A stretch of 63,148 bases of DNA, the filler included, from Salisapilia sapeloensis CBS 127946 (Eukaryota; Protista; Oomycota): NCBI GenBank assembly GCA_023334545.1. It is 10 parts of 10 records of this genome, joined end to end, with 100 filler letters (N's around TTAATTAATTAA, not from the genome) between each part and the next. Parts side by side here need not be neighbours in the genome. Positions count along the whole stretch, not along the records: positions 45,911 to 58,140 come from JAADVB010000415.1; positions 58,241 to 59,905 come from JAADVB010001074.1; positions 60,006 to 61,073 come from JAADVB010001327.1; positions 61,174 to 63,148 come from JAADVB010000996.1; 6 more parts are not named here. One strand, 5' to 3'. The notes below the pieces were generated by a model. The model was not told where the DNA came from and did no database searches. It saw only the letters and a list, made by a program, of their open reading frames with translations. The position numbers and the translations under genes were made by a program. This document shows positions 56,162 to 63,148 of the stretch, one piece after another. Numbering within the stretch: the stretch's first letter is position 1; each line of letters starts with the position of its first letter.

Positions 56162-56884
56162 ATGGGAGCTCGCGAGTCGCGCTTACTTGCTGCTGCATAC
56201 AATGGTCGGATATCCGAAGTTAAACGATTACTAAAGCATGTTCCGGTCAATACGGCGGATAAAGTTGGCGACACCGCATTACATGCCGCTTGTGCCAACG
56301 GTCAAGTGGAGACGGTCATCCATCTCCTTTTATCAGGAGCAAATTCGGACGTGGTCAACTATCGAGGGAGGACACCACTGATGATGGCCGCCCAGTGCAA
56401 CTACCCCCAGATAGCGGAAGCCTTGATTACCAGTGGTGCTCAGGTGGACGCTGTTGATAATCAAGGACGTAGCGCGTTGATGCTAGCAGTCGAGCGAAGC
56501 CGTGGAGACATGATTGAGTTTCTGCTGACTGTGGATGCTCAATTGGACATGTGTGACAACAGTGGGTGGACACCACTCATGCTTGCCGTGCGCCATAGCT
56601 ACTTGGATATCATCGTGCTCTTACTGACCAGCGGTGCCGACCTCGAGGCTAAAAATGAGGACGGACATACTGCTTTGGACATTGCGAGAATGTGTGGTCG
56701 ATTGGACGTAGCTAGTCTTCTTTTAGACAACGGAGCCGAAAACGACGAACGAGCAAGTCTCAACTGGCGGATGTTCATGGACACCGCTCACAAGGGTAGT
56801 CTAGAAGCTGCAAGGAGATTCATCGACCAGGGACCTATGACTTCAATGCAGTCATCATCTATGCAACATGTCCAGGCGACCTAA
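56162..56884 (+). CDS. Ankyrin-repeat protein with N-myristoylation motif; C-terminus possibly frameshifted
   Basis: GDTALHAAC, GRTPLMMAA, GRSALMLAV, GWTPLMLAV, GHTALDIA. MGxxxS start (MGARES). Confidence 0.88.
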   Translation: MGARESRLLAAAYNGRISEVKRLLKHVPVNTADKVGDTALHAACANGQVETVIHLLLSGANSDVVNYRGRTPLMMAAQCNYPQIAEALITSGAQVDAVDNQGRSALMLAVERSRGDMIEFLLTVDAQLDMCDNSGWTPLMLAVRHSYLDIIVLLLTSGADLEAKNEDGHTALDIARMCGRLDVASLLLDNGAENDERASLNWRMFMDTAHKGSLEAARRFIDQGPMTSMQSSSMQHVQAT

Positions 56885-58140
56885 AGGACGTCATCTCTGC
56901 TAGACCAGATATACTTTAAACATTGCGATTGCCGTGAGGTAGCAAGCGCTACAGCGATATAAACTGAAGATCCAATGCATGAACAGAGTTAATTCACCTA
57001 ATTCTGTAAAAACCCTTGAACAATACTCGATTGCTTCACGCTTCGCCACAAAAAGCATATGCTAAATCATTATGTACTCGGTTATACCCGCTTCCAGTCC
57101 TTTCAAAGCATCCCATGACTATATCAGTGGACTGTGTGCTCCGCTATACCTGCTCAAACTTCCAAATTGTTTAAATATGGATAATTACACGTATCCTTCC
57201 TTCAAAGTCTGGTATAAAGACGCTTTCTATCGTGACAGTCGATAACGCGGCGTCATGTTCCACTCTACGCATGTTTACTGACACTTTCGTATGCGTAAAT
57301 CGCTACTTGGGAAGATCAGTAATTTAAAGCTTCACTAAACTATTACAAGCGAGGTAAATGAAAGCCTTGAATACTGGTAGATCATCTCGAACGCAGTACC
57401 AATAGATATTGAAGTTGTCAGCGTAATGCATGAGTATTTGCTAGATGGGGTTTTGCATAGACTACAGTTTGTGTCTCCCAGGTCGCAAGTAGTGATATAC
57501 TTGTAGTCCCACCTCTAGTTTGTCTTTTATACATGAAGAGGGAATTTCTTATTAACGAAACCTGCCTCGTCTGAGAGCTACACACAGCTTACTACAATCT
57601 TTATAAATCTTTCAAAGTTCGTGAATCTTTCTTGGTTAAAGGTAAATTAATCTAAAATGTGTTTTGATTCGCGAGCAGTAGCGCGCGCCAACAAAATTTA
57701 CGTCTTTAAGCGCTACTTTCCAAATAAATACTCGTCTCAATTTGAATCTAGAGATAGCTCACAGTGTTGGTTGTTACTAGATGACAATGTCACATTACAA
57801 CAATTCGAAAGAGACTGTACGGAACAGTCACAGACGCACGAACTTTTAAATTGTCAATTGTACATTCACCTACGAGCTGTTCCCATCTGACGACGGTAAA
57901 CCGATAATCACCCATCGATCTGCCAAACTGGAGGTTGCCTCACAGAGTAGTATCAACCGCTCTAACATTTTCCTCATCATTCGTAACTCCCTCACTATGC
58001 TTTTACGCGTCTCGCGCTGATGGCTCTCTCGGCGACCGTACGTGGCTAACTTCAACGATACTTCAAGTCAACTTCAGCATCATATGCCCTCAAGCGGCAC
58101 GCAGCGACATCTCCAGCGCTGGTGAATGGTAACCTAGCGG

Positions 58141-58240
58141 NNNNNNNNNNNNNNNNNNNNNNNNNNNNNNNNNNNNNNNNNNNNTTAATTAATTAANNNN
58201 NNNNNNNNNNNNNNNNNNNNNNNNNNNNNNNNNNNNNNNN
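58141..58240. other. Artificial contig linker
   Basis: 44 N + TTAATTAATTAA + 44 N. Confidence 0.97.
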
Positions 58241-58242
58241 CT

Positions 58243-58560
58243 GACCACCAGTTCAACCACCCTGGCCCATGTGAGATCTGGTGTGATGACACTCTCGCAC
58301 TTCCGTACACGGACAACTGCCGCGAGGCCTTCCCGAACGGTGAGGTCACGTATGATAAGGCTGCTTGTGAAGGTAAGAGCGAGCTCTCGATCTACTGGCT
58401 TGCGGTGCACATGCCGCCATGGCAGGTGTACGGTGACTGTGCCAAGATCGGTGGTGGACGACGACTTGATGAAGCGGACTGGGAGGCCGCGAACACGACG
58501 ACGTCTACTCCGGTCGCCTACCAAGATGGTTACGACTTTGCCGACACTGGAAGCGCTTAA
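58243..58560 (+). CDS. AA17 lytic polysaccharide monooxygenase, C-terminal half (5' end lost at gap; not in the ORF track)
   Basis: Hand translation: DHQFNHPGPCEIWCDDTLALPYTDNCREAFPNGEVTYDKAACEGKSELSIYWLAVHMPPWQVYGDCAKIGGGRRL...*. This matches the AA17 pattern H.GPCE.W.D...C...YWLA.H..WQ.Y..C. Confidence 0.85.
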   Translation, partial: DHQFNHPGPCEIWCDDTLALPYTDNCREAFPNGEVTYDKAACEGKSELSIYWLAVHMPPWQVYGDCAKIGGGRRLDEADWEAANTTTSTPVAYQDGYDFADTGSA

Positions 58561-58730
58561 GCTACGTCAGTTAATTGCAAGACATGAGAAAAGGAAGATG
58601 TTTTGATATTTCAGCTAAACGAGTTGAATGAAATTTTGTGAACTCTACGCTTGGTTTACTGTCATTTTTATATTTTCAGCTAGGCAGCTTCTCGTTGCGT
58701 TTGGCAGAGGAGCGAACGTAAACTGATAGC

Positions 58731-58768
58731 TTGCTACTTTGCATCCATATTGCTACTTTGCATCCATA
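58731..58768. repeat. 19-bp exact tandem duplication
   Basis: TTGCTACTTTGCATCCATA x2. Confidence 0.85.
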
Positions 58769-59905
58769 GACAGGAGGTCGAGATTGATTTCGTGGTAGTT
58801 TCTCAACAGTCGCGTGCTTGTTCATATAAGACCTTCTTAAATGCTGTCAGGAGGAACCGAGCATTTACATTACCGTATTTCGGAATGGTGGAACCCACTC
58901 CGGTGGGCTCCAACGGTAGACGTATTGTAACGTACTATTTATATACAAACATCTTTGCGAAAACAAAAACTTCGCTTTAGCAACGAAGTTATCTCGTTCG
59001 TTTTGCTTTAACTCATAACAACTGAAGAGATGGTGATGCTTGCGAGAGTAGATTGCTTACAGTTTGTTTTTTGAATTACCTCGGGACTCACCAACCAACA
59101 TAGTTAATTATCTATTTCTCTCAAGATAACACTTTGCTGTTTGCTTCTCCAGGAAACAGCAACAGCTGGAGACGAAATAGGATCAAATGATACAGCCATA
59201 CTTGATGACATCTCCGAGTTGTCTGCTATCAATAGCAACTTCTGGTAGCTTCCCCCTCAGAATGTGTACATAACTTAATAGTGCAACATATCCAGGTCTC
59301 TTGGCTTTAAATTGATAAGTTATACCAGCCAAATCGTGCGACTAAGTCCAAATTTCCATACCCCAGGTTACTGGTGATTTTTGAAGTAGTCTTCAATCCA
59401 CTTGACCTTCCATAATAATTCAGCCTCTTAAGCGTTATTAAACAAAAGCAGCAAGTGTAAATTCATATTAGTTTACATGCAAGGTCACACCAAAAATAGA
59501 CGTCCAGAGACACATCGCATGGACGGGTTATTGTCAGATGGCAAAGTCGGCGAAAGATAAATACCGGAAGCTCTAAGGATGTATGCCAGACTTTTCGCTT
59601 TTGGCCGGCGCCACTTGATCAGGACTCGACATAGCAGATACAGCATAAGGTTGCAATTAGACAGTCACAAGCATCCAAATGTTTAAGTTCAGTGTCCGCT
59701 TTCTGTCAGAAGTATGTTAGAATATCTCGCAGGAAACCAACCAACCGCGATTAAAAGCGGTATGTGAAGCACGCCAGACATGCTTCCCGCAGTATCGTCT
59801 CCATATTGAGAATTGAACGAGCATTTAGACCTCATTCATAGATTTGCACATCGACACTACATCAAAGACATGACGACACAGTGGACAGCGGACGCATACC
59901 AAGGC

Positions 59906-60005
59906 NNNNNNNNNNNNNNNNNNNNNNNNNNNNNNNNNNNNNNNNNNNNTTAATTAATTAANNNNNNNNNNNNNNNNNNNNNNNNNNNNNNNNNNNNNNN
60001 NNNNN
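59906..60005. other. Artificial contig linker
   Basis: 44 N + TTAATTAATTAA + 44 N. Confidence 0.97.
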
Positions 60006-60225
60006 CGACATTCGCCAAGCGGCCAACGCCTCCAACTGCACCGTCGACGCTGTGGGTCAAGCCATCGACATTCGCCAAGCGGCCAACGCCTCCGGCTGTA
60101 CCGTCGAGTCCAGCGTGAGCTTGCTCTTGGCCGTACGCGTCACCTCGAAGGTTGGAAGTAGCAGTAGCATCTTGAATCGCCAGAGCCGCCACAGCAAGGG
60201 TGATAGCAGTAGTAAGTTGAACCAT
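60006..60225 (-). CDS. Secreted protein with 20-aa Gly/Val/Asp tandem repeats, cut by gap
   Basis: MVQLTTAITLAVAALAIQDATA signal, SNLRG, then LDGTAGGVGRLANVDGLTHSVDGAVGGVGRLANV. A 60-bp DNA repeat unit is visible at 60006 and 60066. Confidence 0.8.
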
Positions 60226-60280
60226 GTTGATAAGAAGTTGAAAGGTAACCGGGAAGAGGCTGGTCTTGAGCTCGGATTCG

Positions 60281-60297
60281 AAGATTGGAAAATGAGC
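60281..60297 (-). promoter_or_regulatory. Oomycete INR+FPR core promoter of the repeat protein
   Basis: GCTCATTTTCCAATCTT about 56 nt upstream of ATG 60225. Confidence 0.7.
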
Positions 60298-61073
60298 ACA
60301 CTGGAGACGTTCGGACAAGCATGAGAGCAGGCACGTTCAGCACGCGATATACCGTACTGACCAACGCCTTGCAGATGGCCTGCGCTCTGCCCGGCGCTTA
60401 CTCCTGATCCGTGCTACGTTGATTGCTACATGAATCGGCTCAGTAGTAATATCGCATGCAGATGTGCCCTTTCATGTGACGCTGGAGATACACGAACGCA
60501 CGACGCGACAGGAATGATATGCTTTTCACTAGGCACTTTCACCCTGTTTTTAAGCTTCGTGACCTATAGATGGAGAACGAAAACGACATTGGGGAAGACT
60601 GCAATCTTATTTTATTCCTGCTTATGATACTCGTATAGATATTCGGTATTTCTGAACTTGTTCGGGCTGGTCATGCACTACAAGAAGCACCGTCTACATC
60701 ACTGTGGTCTGTTTGGCCGCCAGACGCATCAGCCTGCTCGTTGAAGGTATCGTACTATTCGTTCGACAGTTTTTCGTATCGGATGTTATCTATGACCTTT
60801 GCAGACAGCTCCCTTCGGATAAACTTAAGACCTTACTGTCCGTACGGATCTGTGCCCAACATCTACAGAAACGACGTCGTTACGAGTCGCTCAGATCTGG
60901 TCGTGTTCCGACAGCTATTTCAAATACGGCGAACTGTCGCTATCCCCACCCTGCGCACTAGCAGCGACGTCGTTCAGCTTGGAGAGTCGGTCCTGGATGC
61001 GCTTCGACAGGTTGCTCGATGCGCCAACGCTGTCCACGGACGCCATCGCAGCCGAAGCGCTTCCGTTATCCTC

Positions 61074-61173
61074 NNNNNNNNNNNNNNNNNNNNNNNNNNN
61101 NNNNNNNNNNNNNNNNNTTAATTAATTAANNNNNNNNNNNNNNNNNNNNNNNNNNNNNNNNNNNNNNNNNNNN
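61074..61173. other. Artificial contig linker
   Basis: 44 N + TTAATTAATTAA + 44 N. Confidence 0.97.
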
Positions 61174-61485
61174 AAACTTGCTGATAAGGATGAGCTGAAG
61201 GAAGAGATGGAGAAAAAAGAGATGGAGAAAAAGAAGAAGGAGGAGGCCAAGCGACTGAGGCTAGAGGAAGAGGCGAGGAAGAAGGCGGAGCTCGAGGCCA
61301 AGGCGCAGATCCACCCGAGGGAAATGTTCAAGTCTCAGACGGACAAGTACTCGGCGTTCGATGAGCAGGGTTTGCCGACGCACAATGTGGAAGGAGAGCC
61401 GCTGAGCAAAGGACAGATGAAGAAGCTAGCGAAGGAGCAGGGCAAGCAGAAGGCGCTGTACGACAAGTTCCATCCGTCTAGCTAG
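61174..61485 (+). CDS. CARS1: Cytosolic cysteinyl-tRNA synthetase, C-terminal fragment
   Basis: E/K-rich helix then [44 protein letters not shown], typical of the eukaryotic CysRS C-terminus. Confidence 0.85.
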   Translation, partial: KLADKDELKEEMEKKEMEKKKKEEAKRLRLEEEARKKAELEAKAQIHPREMFKSQTDKYSAFDEQGLPTHNVEGEPLSKGQMKKLAKEQGKQKALYDKFHPSS

Positions 61486-62081
61486 CTAGGATAAGGATCA
61501 GACGCGGCAATAGCAACGTCGATTGGATTGATCGTGGAAGTTTGTTGAGTTTGCTTGGGTTTCGGATGGTGCGTTGGTGGTAGATGTGTACTGGTAGCTC
61601 TTCTTTCTTCGTGCGAGGTAGTTGGAGTCTTGAAGCAGCACTGAGTTTGTTCATCTTTACGCCATCGGAAGGCATGGCGTCGTGTATGGGGTTCACTCAG
61701 ACGACTGATCGTAGGTGGAATCTGTAGTAGGTTTCAAGCACAAAGACTCGCTAGCTCCGTCTTGGGCGATGGATGCTGCTGGACAGAAGCAGTAGATGCA
61801 ACTTCAAGGTAGTTGACACAGCAATGTCAAGTGAATCGATCTCTTTCTGTGTCAAGTACGTTCATCGATTGGAAGAGCATGAACCCAGCGTATGTGCGTC
61901 ACTAGATGCACATCCACATAACGTACCACCACCTGAAGTCAGCTTGATGCAGACACAAAGCCCGACAAAGGTAGATCGGACACTCCCATCGGAAGCTACG
62001 AGGACCAACTCTGATAATTTGCACGCAGCGCTAATCCGACGCCAAAGGACACGAAAATCGACAAGAAATCGCGGAGACGAG

Positions 62082-62924
62082 ATGGAGGGCTCGACGAAGC
62101 CCAAGCGAGCGAACGTGGAGCTGGCGCGCGGCATCTATGCTTTCTCTTCGAATAGTCAGGCTAGCTTGAACGGTCGAGTGCATCCCGCAGCGCCCAGGCG
62201 CGTCAAAAGCGACTCGATGGCAGCTGCCGACGACAAGAGCTCCAGCAGCTCGAAGCCGTACAGGAAGTGGTACCCTGCCGAAGACATTCCGAAGCCACTT
62301 GCTTCTGCCAAGACGAAGCGGAACAGCAAGAAAGTAGCCAAGCTGCGCGAGTCGATTACGCCGGGCACGGTCTTGATCCTGCTGTCGGGTCGGTTCCGAG
62401 GCAAGCGCGTGGTGTTCCTCCGACAAATGCCTTCTGGGACGCTTCTCGTCACTGGTATTCCGCTCTTGTATGGATTGATAGATAGGGCAGTCTAACGGTG
62501 ATTATATGGGATGCGCCTACAGGACCGTATAAAGTGAATGGCGTTCCTCTGCGGCGCGTGAACCAGGCGTACGTGATCGCCACGTCGACCAAGGTGGATC
62601 TGACGGGCGTGGTGTTGCCAGAGGTGGAAGACAGCATGTTTGAGAAGCCGAGACGGCGGAAGGACAAGGCGTCTCTGGAGCAGCAGTTCTTTGAGTCTTC
62701 TGCGCAGGTATCTTGGCGTCTGCTTTGTGCGTCGCATGGATAGATGCAGCTGACGGAGCGATCCTTGAGTGTAGACACAAGTACCGGACGACCGGAAGAA
62801 GCGGCAGCTGGCAGTCGACGAAGCTGTGATGCAAAAGGTGTCCAAGGAGCCGTACCTTCGGTCGTACCTGAACGCCAAATTCACGCTCACCAAGAACGAC
62901 CGCGTCCACGACATGCAGTTTTAA
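62082..62924 (+). CDS. RPL6: 60S ribosomal protein eL6 (3 exons: 62082-62454, 62523-62707, 62775-62924)
   Basis: [32 protein letters not shown]|[44 protein letters not shown]. The intron phases close exactly (235 aa). Confidence 0.95.
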
Positions 62925-63148
62925 AGCGATAGTGGCACCGACCGACAATCTCGGATGGTAGAATAGAAAGGTGGCGTGTGTGGTTCAAAAAGAGCTTTGT
63001 GCATTCGACTAGCTCTGCTTCTCGACCTCGACTACTCGACGCTTTGCAAGAACTATGGGCATCGTACACTAGTCAACAAGGAGTCTATACAGCATGCGCG
63101 GAAGTGCCCACTTACCTGAATACGGTTCGCCAATGCCTCCTTTGCCCA

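Noticed and set aside
57000-58140. AT-rich decayed region with fragmentary frames
   Set aside because: No recognisable protein or RNA motif, so it cannot be assigned.
20079-61173. Nine identical N44-TTAATTAATTAA-N44 blocks that look like a regularly recurring motif or array
   Set aside because: They are artificial six-frame-stop linkers used to concatenate contigs. ORFs that cross them (e.g. 20123-20320, 38106-38294, 41555-41743, 44228-44434) are artefacts, and gene neighbourhoods across them are not real.

Overview
Eukaryotic nuclear DNA, almost certainly from an oomycete. Evidence: a tandem pair of PH-domain cellulose synthases, an AA17-type LPMO, GH6/GH17, C-x4-C...HGGG zinc-finger repeats, INR+FPR core promoters and short GT-AG introns. 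The window is not one locus. It is about 10 contigs joined by nine artificial 100-bp linkers (44 N + TTAATTAATTAA + 44 N), so adjacency across linkers means nothing. Gene-dense blocks hold Sec23, two CesA, Gemin6-like, AOX, HELLS/DDM1, PEPCK (partial), 5'-nucleotidase, INTS2-like, tyrosinase, NSE4, GH17 (frameshifted), GH6, ALG1, an ICME-like esterase, an ankyrin protein, CysRS (partial), RPL6 and tRNA-Val(AAC). AT-richer stretches of decayed DNA separate these blocks. Highlights: (1) a fragmented Fanzor1/TnpB-like RNA-guided nuclease gene at 1-1671 that keeps all three RuvC catalytic codons, followed by a strongly structured stretch (1681-1736) that is a candidate omegaRNA scaffold or element end; (2) two contigs (18 kb gene-rich; 2.8 kb with a tRNA) each bounded by inverted repeats that are perfect for exactly 141 bp; (3) gene-conversion-like identical tracts between the CesA paralogs; (4) an AA17 LPMO fragment missed by the ORF track. 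All family calls are by eye from motifs; no database searches were run.
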